DNA from: Candidatus Methylomirabilis oxygeniifera
GTDB taxonomy: Bacteria; Methylomirabilota; Methylomirabilia; Methylomirabilales; Methylomirabilaceae
Direction of reading: 5' to 3'
DNA: 32,000 nt
Assembly: GCA_000091165.1 (NCBI GenBank)
Contig: FP565575.1
Location: forward strand, 150,001-182,000
Under the pieces are notes generated by a model. The model ran no database searches. It was not told the DNA's origin and saw only the letters and a program-made list of their open reading frames with translations. Shown here in pieces: positions 7,966-15,721 of the stretch. Positions within the stretch are counted from its first letter, which is position 1; each line of letters opens with the position of its first letter. A program made the position numbers and the translations under genes.

Positions 7966-9486
7966 TCAGAACCTGTAGTCGATCAGTACCCCCGCGTTCC
8001 ATTCATCATATACACTTGACCGAATCGCCTTTGCCGACAGGCCGGCATCGAGTTGGCGCGCCAGCGCATAGGCGAGCTTTCCTTGCCACTCGTGAAACAA
8101 CTTCCCGTTACTGTCCACGGAGATCCCGTAATAGGCGGTATAGTGGTTGCGCGGCGCCTCCGCCAGATAGTCCTCTTTCGTCGGATAGCCCAACCAGCGT
8201 TGAAATTCCACGGCGACCGTGTTCGTGGCGTATGTGCCCGGCGAGAAATACGATCGCTCCCGCTGAAACCCGTAGGCGTTTACACGGTAGATGAGGCGAA
8301 GCGTCTTCGGAAACCAGAGTAGCCGATACAACGCGAGAAACTCGCCCCCGATCCTGGTATTGTGATCGGAATAGTTCGCGTAGTTGCCTTGTATCGTCCA
8401 GTCGACGCGACGGTCGAGCGTTCCGCTCACACTCGCCAAGAGTCTATTGACGGTAATCCCATCCAGGACGGTTGTCTGGTTCTCCCACAGGTCCTTCCGC
8501 TCGAAGTCAACCCGCACCCTCGCTCCGGACGGCATCTCGTATGATACGCCAACGCCGACATTCAGGCGGTCCCGTCCGATCTCGTTGTAGTGGAGTTCGC
8601 TCGCGAATCCATCCATGTGGAAATAACCGTTCGGACTGTAGCGCAACCCCACGGTTTCCACATTGGTCAACAGATGGTTGCGTCCGAAATCGAATCGCAC
8701 ATTCTCGTACCTGACGCGGGCCGACACCTCGTTCGACATCTGCACACGTCCCTCCGCAGCGGCCAGTCCGTACCTGATTGACCGACTACCATTATAGCCC
8801 TTCTGATCGATATAGTCGTAGCCCAGCGTGAGAAGCGGCCGTTGGGATAGCTCGCTGAGATCCAGTGCGCGCTCGGCCTGTCGATGTCCCGGCGCGACAA
8901 ACATCAATTGGCGGTATAGCGCCTGCGCCTCCGATGGTCTTCCGCCCAGCGTCGCGATCTGCCCAAGATCGAACAGCGCGTCGCTGTTCTGCGTCGTAAG
9001 CTCGACGAGTTGTTCGAAAGCAGTCTTGGCCCGTCTCAGTCGCCCCAGCCACAATGCTTCCCTCCCGTCACGTTCCAGCGCCGTGGCCGCATCATCCGGA
9101 AACCGTTTGAGGATCGCGTCAAATTCGGCTAAGGCGCGCTCATACTGGAATGTCCAACCGTACGCCCTGGCTTTGTTTCGCCATATTGTGAGATCATCAG
9201 GTGCGAGCGTTGCGGCGGCCTCGAATTGTGTGAGAGCCTCAAAAGGGCGTCCCGCATCAAGCAACAGCCATCCGAGCTCAGTAGCGGCATCCCACTGTGT
9301 TGGGTCGAGCGTAATCGCCGACCTATACCTGGAGATTGCCTTCTCATAGGCCCCGCTCTTCCAGGCGTTCCTCGCGCCCAACATCAACACCTCTCGCTCG
9401 CTAGGCTCTTGGGCCCCCGCGATGGTCGCGGCCCAAGCAATGAATACGCCCCAGATCAGGACCTGGATAGTGAGTCGGCGGCGCAT
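7966..9486 (-). CDS. Outer-membrane export porin: N-terminal TPR region fused to a beta-barrel (short BcsC/PgaA-like)
   Basis: 506 aa. Signal peptide ending AGAQE, then about 200 aa of TPR-like helices, then about 300 aa of alternating-hydrophobicity strands rich in Y/G/N. The C-terminus is ...VLIDYRF, with a terminal Phe typical of OMPs. Confidence 0.7.
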   Translation of the reverse strand: MRRRLTIQVLIWGVFIAWAATIAGAQEPSEREVLMLGARNAWKSGAYEKAISRYRSAITLDPTQWDAATELGWLLLDAGRPFEALTQFEAAATLAPDDLTIWRNKARAYGWTFQYERALAEFDAILKRFPDDAATALERDGREALWLGRLRRAKTAFEQLVELTTQNSDALFDLGQIATLGGRPSEAQALYRQLMFVAPGHRQAERALDLSELSQRPLLTLGYDYIDQKGYNGSRSIRYGLAAAEGRVQMSNEVSARVRYENVRFDFGRNHLLTNVETVGLRYSPNGYFHMDGFASELHYNEIGRDRLNVGVGVSYEMPSGARVRVDFERKDLWENQTTVLDGITVNRLLASVSGTLDRRVDWTIQGNYANYSDHNTRIGGEFLALYRLLWFPKTLRLIYRVNAYGFQRERSYFSPGTYATNTVAVEFQRWLGYPTKEDYLAEAPRNHYTAYYGISVDSNGKLFHEWQGKLAYALARQLDAGLSAKAIRSSVYDEWNAGVLIDYRF

Positions 9487-9498
9487 CCTGGACCCCGA

Positions 9499-10002
9499 CT
9501 ACTCTCCCAGCAGTACAACAATATGCTTTTCGGCCTCTGCGAACCGGCCGCGGTTGTGCAGCTCGAGCGCAAGCTGCATCCTCAGGTCCTTCCGCGTGGG
9601 CTCAAGCTCAACCAGTCGATCTAACACCTTCAGAAACTCGTCCTTCTGATCGGTCTTCCGCAGTACCTCGAGGATCCCCTTCCAGGCCTCTGTGTCCTTG
9701 GGGTTTGCGTGCAGGGCGACCCGAAACTCCTCTTGCGCTTCTGCAACCTTGCCGGCTGCGATCAGCACCCACCCCAGCTCCCTTCGTGCGTCGTTGAGTC
9801 GCGAGTCCCTTGCCAGCAGCGTCCGGTAGCGCCGCACCGACGTGTCGTGCTTGCCGGCCTTCGCTGCGTTCCTTGCTCCCATCAGCAGGAGGAAGTTCTC
9901 GTCGATTTGTGCCTGTCGCTCCTGAGCCGGTGCGGTGTAGGCTATACCTATCAGCGCTACCGTCAGCAGGATTGCTGTCCACCGCGTCATGTGTCTGGTC
10001 AT
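9499..10002 (-). CDS. Periplasmic TPR protein (paralogous to the porin N-terminus and to the neighbouring TPR protein)
   Basis: 167 aa. Signal peptide (ILLTVALIGIAYTAPAQE) followed by TPR-like helix pairs. It lies 12 nt upstream of the porin gene. Confidence 0.7.
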   Translation of the reverse strand: MTRHMTRWTAILLTVALIGIAYTAPAQERQAQIDENFLLLMGARNAAKAGKHDTSVRRYRTLLARDSRLNDARRELGWVLIAAGKVAEAQEEFRVALHANPKDTEAWKGILEVLRKTDQKDEFLKVLDRLVELEPTRKDLRMQLALELHNRGRFAEAEKHIVVLLGE

Positions 10003-10004
10003 CC

Positions 10005-10430
10005 CTATTCCGGTCCCTCCCTCAGCAGCGCGGCGAAGTGCGGCTCTGCTTCCCCATATCGGCCTGCGTTGTGCAGCGTTAGCGCGAGTCGCAACCTCAG
10101 CCCTTCGTCCTCGGGGATCGCGACAACGACTCGCCGCCAGACCTCAATCGCTTCGTCCGCCCGCCCTGACCGCTCAAGCACCTGTCCGAGCGTCACAAAG
10201 GTATCGAGATCATCCCGCCTCGCTCGCGAATGTGCAATCTGCTCATACACGCGTATTGCCTTTACCGGATCTGGCGCCTCCACCGCCCTCGCCAGCCGCT
10301 CGAGCTCGATCTCAGCCGTATAGAGCCATTGAAAGTCACCCCAGACCGCACCCCCCCACAGCAATCCGACCGCGCCGATGAACCATCCGTTTCGGATCAG
10401 TTGCATACCGTTCATGCGTTTCGGTGTCAT
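10005..10430 (-). CDS. Small membrane-anchored or secreted TPR protein
   Basis: 141 aa with a hydrophobic N-terminus (WFIGAVGLLWGGAVWG) and TPR-like helices. Its start overlaps the synthase stop as ATGA (10427-10430). Confidence 0.65.
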   Translation of the reverse strand: MTPKRMNGMQLIRNGWFIGAVGLLWGGAVWGDFQWLYTAEIELERLARAVEAPDPVKAIRVYEQIAHSRARRDDLDTFVTLGQVLERSGRADEAIEVWRRVVVAIPEDEGLRLRLALTLHNAGRYGEAEPHFAALLREGPE

Positions 10431-12673
10431 CGGCCTGTCTCGCAGAGTTGCGTTAGGATCTTACGGGAGGGGCTAAGCGGCTCTGCAAACGTGGCGCCGA
10501 CCCGGTATGACCGTCCGGCCGCCACCCCCCGACAATTGCGAATCTCGATCTCGGCATCAAGCCTTCCGAACGGCGTGACCAGCGTGATCGAGGCATGCGT
10601 ACCAGTTGCCATCGGGGAGCCGACCATGAATGCCAGACCGCCTAAGCTGACATCCTCCGTCACCGTGTAGTGTGGCGGCTCGCCGCGCAGGATCATCGGC
10701 AGACTGATCGCCATGCGTTTCGTCCTCCGCTTGATCTGCCGCCGGTCATAATAGGCCAGAATAAACCTGGTCAGCGACGACGGCCTGACGTCGAATCGGT
10801 GCATGAAGGCGGGCAACATTTGGCTGAAACAGAACTCCGTAATCGCATCCTTGTCCTCCCTGCTCAGGTCAGTGAATTTCACACCATATCGGAAGACCCC
10901 TTCCGTTGTCGTGCTTCGGTTGATATACAGGACGACTCCGTTGCACGTCATAACCCGGGAGCCCAGGTACAGCCTCAATCCCACCTGTTCCCCGACAGGA
11001 AGAGCGGAGAATGTCGTCAGCGCCATACCATCCTCATTCAGATCCGTGGCTGTGCCCAAGCCGCTCGCCAGGCGCTTATTCTCGCCGGCCTCGTACCAGA
11101 CAGGCAGACCGCCAAGGAACCGAGACTCCTTTCGGCGGTGCAGAGAAGCGGTCACCGTTGCCACGACCAGACATGCCAGGTAGCCGTTGACCCCGCTCCA
11201 GAACATGCCGATGCCCAGTCCCAACCGGTTGTGTGACACGCCATAGGCCCATTTGAGCGCCCCCCACTCGATGGCAGTAACGCACAAGAGGATAATCGTC
11301 AACTGGGGGAGGAGCGCCGACAGGCTGACCGCCTCGCCGGCCCCTTTTGCCGTCACGATGAACCGAGCCTTCAACCGCAACAGAGCCTTGACCACGGCCT
11401 TAGACAGTACAAAGAAGTTCATCATGTTGTAGATCTCATCATCACGGATTCGGCCTTGCCCACGACTGACAATCTTGATGCTTACAATGACTACCGCCAG
11501 GAATATCGCGTACCGCCACATGAACGGCCGGTCAAAGGGAAAGATGGGATACCACCCGGTTAGCAGCATGATCGCCGGCGTCACAAAGTAAATGAGCTTT
11601 GGCAGCCCGATGAACCAGCCGAATACCGTGGCAAAGAAACAGATCCGCTGCGGCAAGGTCAAGCCTTTGGTCCACAGCGGGTTATCGGCAAAGAGGAGAC
11701 TGATATTCCCTTCGGCCCATCGGAGTTTCTGTATGTGATAGTTCTTGAGATCGGTGGCAGCGAGCCCACTTGATAACAGTTCATTGTGATACACGCCCTT
11801 CCACCCTGCCTTGTACAGGCGAACGCTGGTGTGGAGATCTTCCGTGATCGTTTCTGTCGCAAACCCGCCGATCTCATCGAGGGCTCTCTTTCGGAATACC
11901 GCCCCTGTTCCGGCGAAGAAGGCGGCGTTCCAGTAGTCCCGTGCTGGCATCATGAGGCGATAGAACATATCCCCTTCGTTCCATTTTTCTCTCTTCTCAA
12001 ATTTGAATCGGAATGAGAATGACTCGACGTTGTAGTAATTTTGCGGTGTTTGGACGAAAGCCACCTTCTCGTCCGTGAAGTACCCGAGCGTCTTGTCGAG
12101 GAAATCGGGTTGAGGGACATAGTCCGCGTCAAAGACCACGATAAAGTCCCCATCGGAGATCGACAGGGCGTGGTTCAGGTTGCCGGCCTTCGCATGGGCT
12201 CGCTCCCTCCGCGCCACATATGCGCATCCCAGTTCCGCTGCGAGCGCGGCAAATTCAGGCCGATTTCCGTCGTCCAGAATGTAGGTCGTATGGGGATAGG
12301 CCATGTTAATGCAGCCTAACACCGTTTTCCTGACGAGACTGACGTCCTCCTTGTAGGTGGGGATATAGACGTCTACCCGCAAGCCGGGCGGCGCAGGAGG
12401 CGGGTTTCGATGGAGCGGATGCCACATCTGGAAGAAGTAGAGAGCGAGGGAAAGGCATCCGTGGAATTCTGCGTAATAAAAGATCAGGGAGAATGTTGTC
12501 GCATCCCAATTGATCGTATACAACAGCCGGTAGGTGAGATAATACAGATAGACCGCGATGGTGAGTACCATGACGGTTTGGTAATACCGTAATGTGGCTA
12601 TGTGGCCCACGTACGGTTGGCGGTGTCTTGCTTTCAGCCTTTCAGCTTGCTTCGTTAGGATCGGCTCACTCAC
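10427..12673 (-). CDS. bcsA: BcsA-like processive family-2 glycosyltransferase (cellulose-synthase-like) with two C-terminal PilZ modules
   Basis: 748 aa with a GTG start. GT2 motifs: VFDADY (DxD), QTPQ, FFAGTGAVFRKRALDEIGGF (cf. BcsA FFCGS region), ITEDLHTS (TED) and QKLRWAEG (QxxRW). There are multiple TM helices. C-terminal motif pairs are RKESR...DLNEDG and RQIKR/RRTKR...DVSLGG (RxxxR / D-x-S-x-x-G). Confidence 0.85.
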   Translation of the reverse strand: MSEPILTKQAERLKARHRQPYVGHIATLRYYQTVMVLTIAVYLYYLTYRLLYTINWDATTFSLIFYYAEFHGCLSLALYFFQMWHPLHRNPPPAPPGLRVDVYIPTYKEDVSLVRKTVLGCINMAYPHTTYILDDGNRPEFAALAAELGCAYVARRERAHAKAGNLNHALSISDGDFIVVFDADYVPQPDFLDKTLGYFTDEKVAFVQTPQNYYNVESFSFRFKFEKREKWNEGDMFYRLMMPARDYWNAAFFAGTGAVFRKRALDEIGGFATETITEDLHTSVRLYKAGWKGVYHNELLSSGLAATDLKNYHIQKLRWAEGNISLLFADNPLWTKGLTLPQRICFFATVFGWFIGLPKLIYFVTPAIMLLTGWYPIFPFDRPFMWRYAIFLAVVIVSIKIVSRGQGRIRDDEIYNMMNFFVLSKAVVKALLRLKARFIVTAKGAGEAVSLSALLPQLTIILLCVTAIEWGALKWAYGVSHNRLGLGIGMFWSGVNGYLACLVVATVTASLHRRKESRFLGGLPVWYEAGENKRLASGLGTATDLNEDGMALTTFSALPVGEQVGLRLYLGSRVMTCNGVVLYINRSTTTEGVFRYGVKFTDLSREDKDAITEFCFSQMLPAFMHRFDVRPSSLTRFILAYYDRRQIKRRTKRMAISLPMILRGEPPHYTVTEDVSLGGLAFMVGSPMATGTHASITLVTPFGRLDAEIEIRNCRGVAAGRSYRVGATFAEPLSPSRKILTQLCETGR

Positions 12674-12873
12674 AGGAACGCGCTGTGCTCATTCCAAACC
12701 GTCACTTCAATGAGACGTTCGATGCGGTCTCACGGGTTACCGTGTAATTAAAAGTCATTATCTATCTTAGAAATAAACCATAGGTCAAGATAAATCTGGT
12801 TTAGCCATACTACCATTATATTATTTTCTTCTGTCAAATACGGTTCGTACCTAAGCAAAGAAAAACATAACGT

Positions 12874-12902
12874 TTGTCAGTCTGACCGGATACCGGTAAA
12901 AT
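12874..12902 (+). promoter_or_regulatory. Candidate sigma70-type promoter of acs with a palindrome in the spacer
   Basis: TTGTCA (12874-12879), a 17-nt spacer, then TAAAAT (12897-12902). The spacer contains ACCGG-ATA-CCGGT (12885-12897). The promoter is about 58 nt upstream of the ATG. Confidence 0.4.
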
Positions 12903-12959
12903 ACGGGTCCGTGAACGGGGTACGGAATGTCATGGACGGCGTGAGCGACGGAGGATTCT

Positions 12960-14909
12960 ATGACCCAGACTAGGAGTCGAGACGATACCCCAATTTCAGC
13001 GCCTCTCAGGGAGCGACGAAAATTCAAGCCGCCCGCGACGTTTGTCAAGCGGGCGGTTGTCAATAAGGCTTCCGTTTACCGGGCGGCATCGAAAGATCCG
13101 ACTGCATTCTGGGAGCGCCAGGCTAAGGCTCTTCACTGGTTCAAGCCATGGAAGCGGGTGCTGCAATGGAAAGCACCGCATGCCAAGTGGTTTGCCGGCG
13201 GCAAGCTGAACGTGGCCTATAACTGCCTCGACCGCCATGTGAACGGTCCCTTGCGCACCAAGGCGGCCCTCATCTGGGAGGGGGAACCGGGCGAGACGCG
13301 GACATTCACCTACTGGGACCTCTATCGTGAGGTCAACCGCTTTGCGGCGGCCCTCAAGCGGCACGGCGTCAAAAAAGGAGATCGGATCACCATCTATATG
13401 CCGATGATCCCGGAGGTCGCTATTGCGATGCTGGCGTGTGCGCGCATCGGTGCGCCCCACAGCGTGATCTTCGGCGGGTTCTCGCCGGAGGCGGTCCGGG
13501 ATCGGATCCTCGACGCCGACTCGGCTCTCGTGATTACGGCTGACGGCGGCTACCGTCGTGGCGGGGTGGTCTCGCTCAAACAGAACACCGACGAAGCGCT
13601 TAAGGCGTGCCCCGGCGTGAAAACCGTCATTGTAGTCAAGCGGACCGGGCAGGTGGTAGAGATGCAGCCGGGCCGGGACGTCTGGTGGACCGATTTCATC
13701 AAGGACGCGCCGGCCAGGTGCGCCCCCGCGATCATGGACGCCGAGGATATGCTGTTTCTCCTCTATACCTCCGGTTCGACCGGGAAACCGAAAGGGATCA
13801 TTCATACTACAGGCGGCTATCTGACCGGAGTGGTGGCCACACACAACTGGGTCTTCGATATCCAAGACAACGATGTCTACTGGTGTACCGCCGACGTGGG
13901 CTGGGTCACGGGTCATTCCTACGTCGTCTATGGACCGCTGGCCAACGGGGCCACCACCGTCATGTACGAGGGGACCCCGGATTACCCGGATAAGGATCGC
14001 TTTTGGCGCATCATCGAGAGGCATGGAATTACGATCTGCTATACGGCCCCCACGGCCATCCGCACCTTTATGAAGTGGGGCGAGGAGTATCCAAAACGCT
14101 GCGACCTCTCCAGCCTCCGGTTGCTCGGCAGCGTTGGTGAACCGATCAATCCCGAGGCGTGGGTCTGGTACTGGAAGGTGATCGGCGGCGGCCGCTGTCC
14201 GGTGGTGGACACCTGGTGGCAGACCGAGACCGGCCATATCCTCATCACGCCGCTTCCAGGAATTACGACGCTCAAGCCGGGCTCGGCTGCCCAACCCTTT
14301 CCGGGGATCGATGCGGAGGTGGTGGATGAGAGCGGCAGGCCCGCTGCGACCGGCTATCTCGTGATTCGTCAGCCTTGGCCCGGTATGCTTCGCGGGATCT
14401 GGGGCGACCCTGACCGCTATGTGAAGCAGTACTGGTCGAATTATAAAGGCATCTACTTCACCGGTGATGGGGCCAGCCGGGACAACGATGGCGATTTCTG
14501 GCTGCTGGGGCGCGTCGATGACGTGATGAACGTCTCCGGACATCGTGTCTCGACGGTGGAGGTGGAGTCGGCCCTTGTGGATCACCCGTGCGTGGCCGAG
14601 GCGGCTGTCATCGGGCGCACACACGAGATTAAGGGGCAGGCCGTTGCCGCCTTTGTGACCATCCGGGACGGCACCAGGCCGACGCCGGAGCTCGAGACGG
14701 CGATCAAAGCTCATGTGGTCAAGAAGATCGGCGCCTTCGCCAGGCCGGACGACCTGATCTTTACGGCCGAACTGCCCAAAACCCGCAGCGGCAAGATCAT
14801 GCGCCGCCTGCTTCGCGACATTGCCGAAGGCCGGGCATTGGGCGATACCACTACACTGGCGGACGCCAATGTAGTGGCCGAGCTCAAGGCCAAATACGGC
14901 GAGCAGTAG
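12960..14909 (+). CDS. acs: Acetyl-CoA synthetase (AMP-forming)
   Basis: 649 aa with a [52 protein letters not shown] and [11 protein letters not shown] are hallmark Acs/ANL blocks. Confidence 0.95.
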   Translation: MTQTRSRDDTPISAPLRERRKFKPPATFVKRAVVNKASVYRAASKDPTAFWERQAKALHWFKPWKRVLQWKAPHAKWFAGGKLNVAYNCLDRHVNGPLRTKAALIWEGEPGETRTFTYWDLYREVNRFAAALKRHGVKKGDRITIYMPMIPEVAIAMLACARIGAPHSVIFGGFSPEAVRDRILDADSALVITADGGYRRGGVVSLKQNTDEALKACPGVKTVIVVKRTGQVVEMQPGRDVWWTDFIKDAPARCAPAIMDAEDMLFLLYTSGSTGKPKGIIHTTGGYLTGVVATHNWVFDIQDNDVYWCTADVGWVTGHSYVVYGPLANGATTVMYEGTPDYPDKDRFWRIIERHGITICYTAPTAIRTFMKWGEEYPKRCDLSSLRLLGSVGEPINPEAWVWYWKVIGGGRCPVVDTWWQTETGHILITPLPGITTLKPGSAAQPFPGIDAEVVDESGRPAATGYLVIRQPWPGMLRGIWGDPDRYVKQYWSNYKGIYFTGDGASRDNDGDFWLLGRVDDVMNVSGHRVSTVEVESALVDHPCVAEAAVIGRTHEIKGQAVAAFVTIRDGTRPTPELETAIKAHVVKKIGAFARPDDLIFTAELPKTRSGKIMRRLLRDIAEGRALGDTTTLADANVVAELKAKYGEQ

Positions 14910-14938
14910 CGCTCACTATCCGATAAAACAGCGTGGGA

Positions 14939-15613
14939 TTACTTACGCGTCCAGGTGCCGTTTGGGAGCTGGACCCACCAGCCTGGGCGAGCCCCTTCGC
15001 GGCGGATCGACGCAAAGGTGTCGGCGGCCTGCGCTTTGGCCTCTGCCGGATTCGCAGGTCTTCCGTCTTGCTGAGTGAGCTTGAGGATCGCCTTGGCCAT
15101 CCCGTTGATTACCACCTCGCGGTCCTGATTCTCCTCCCGCAGCAACGCAGTCTCCGCCTCGCCTACCTGGGGAGGATTCGCGCGTAGAGCCGCCTTCCCA
15201 TCTTTCGCCTCACCCACCAATCCTTGATCTCGAAGCTGATTCAGCCGGGCGAGTCGCTGGCCGATCCCTTTATAGGCGGCGATCACCTCGGGATAGCTCT
15301 TGATCTCCTGCGTAATTCGCCGCGAGAGATCGTCCTGGGCCCACGCTTCGGCCACCAGCGTTATTCGCGAAGCGCGGACTACGGTTAGCAGCGACTGCCG
15401 CCCTTGCCACAGGCGGGATGTTGGCGACTGAGCCGGCGCCGCTTCCTTTTCTTTCTTCGGAGTCTGTTGCAGCAGCTCGTCTTCAAGCGACTTGTAGGCC
15501 GACTTCACGTCCTTTTCCGGAAAATAGACGTTGACCGTAATGTTCGCGCAGGCAGCGAAGCTGAGTAGAGCGCTCAGGGCAAGCATCACGAATGGTTTTC
15601 TATTTCTGCGCAT
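14939..15613 (-). CDS. Lipoprotein with a C-terminal DUF1318 (YdbL-like) domain and an N-terminal extension (possibly YnbE-like)
   Basis: 224 aa with an AGGAGG SD and a signal peptide with probable lipobox (LSFAAC). The C-terminal GLVGE..DG......(N)..R......AK....ARPGWWVQLPNGTWTRK matches my recollection of YdbL/DUF1318 (…G.VGE..GYL…N..R…PGE(Y)VQ..NGKWV(R)K). Confidence 0.65.
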   Translation of the reverse strand: MRRNRKPFVMLALSALLSFAACANITVNVYFPEKDVKSAYKSLEDELLQQTPKKEKEAAPAQSPTSRLWQGRQSLLTVVRASRITLVAEAWAQDDLSRRITQEIKSYPEVIAAYKGIGQRLARLNQLRDQGLVGEAKDGKAALRANPPQVGEAETALLREENQDREVVINGMAKAILKLTQQDGRPANPAEAKAQAADTFASIRREGARPGWWVQLPNGTWTRK

Positions 15614-15633
15614 CCACGTCCTCCTTTGTTTTA

Positions 15634-15700
15634 GGCTGTAGGCTACGGGCTGTAGGCTGTAGGTTTCCGACGCATTCCTACAGTCTAAAAGCCTACAGTC
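15634..15700. repeat. Compound-hairpin intergenic repeat, copy 3 (CTGTAGG/CCTACAG variant)
   Basis: GGCTGTAGG (15634-15642) and GCTGTAGGCTGTAGG (15649-15663) are followed by a 13-nt loop. Then come CCTACAGTC (15677-15685) and GCCTACAGTC (15691-15700). The architecture matches copy 2, with the core changed from CTGAAGG to CTGTAGG. Confidence 0.6.
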
Positions 15701-15721
15701 TGTCCACCTGAATAGTTACGT

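Noticed and set aside
6991-8019. A 342-aa plus-strand ORF opposite the GH8 gene
   Set aside because: It is antisense to a gene carrying the GH8 signature. Its composition is Arg/Pro-rich, it has no motifs, and it crosses the GH8/porin gene boundary.
8016-10670. Numerous 60-200-aa plus-strand ORFs opposite the TPR, porin and synthase genes
   Set aside because: All are antisense to a tightly coupled operon whose frames show signal peptides, TPR periodicity and the OMP C-terminal Phe. The alternatives have Ser/Arg/Pro-rich compositions typical of noise.
12996-14714. A 572-aa ORF on the minus strand, entirely inside acs
   Set aside because: It is antisense to an unambiguous, motif-rich Acs frame. 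Its translation is Arg/Pro/Gly-rich and of low complexity, as expected for a stop-free antisense frame in ~60% GC DNA. It has no SD and no recognisable domain.
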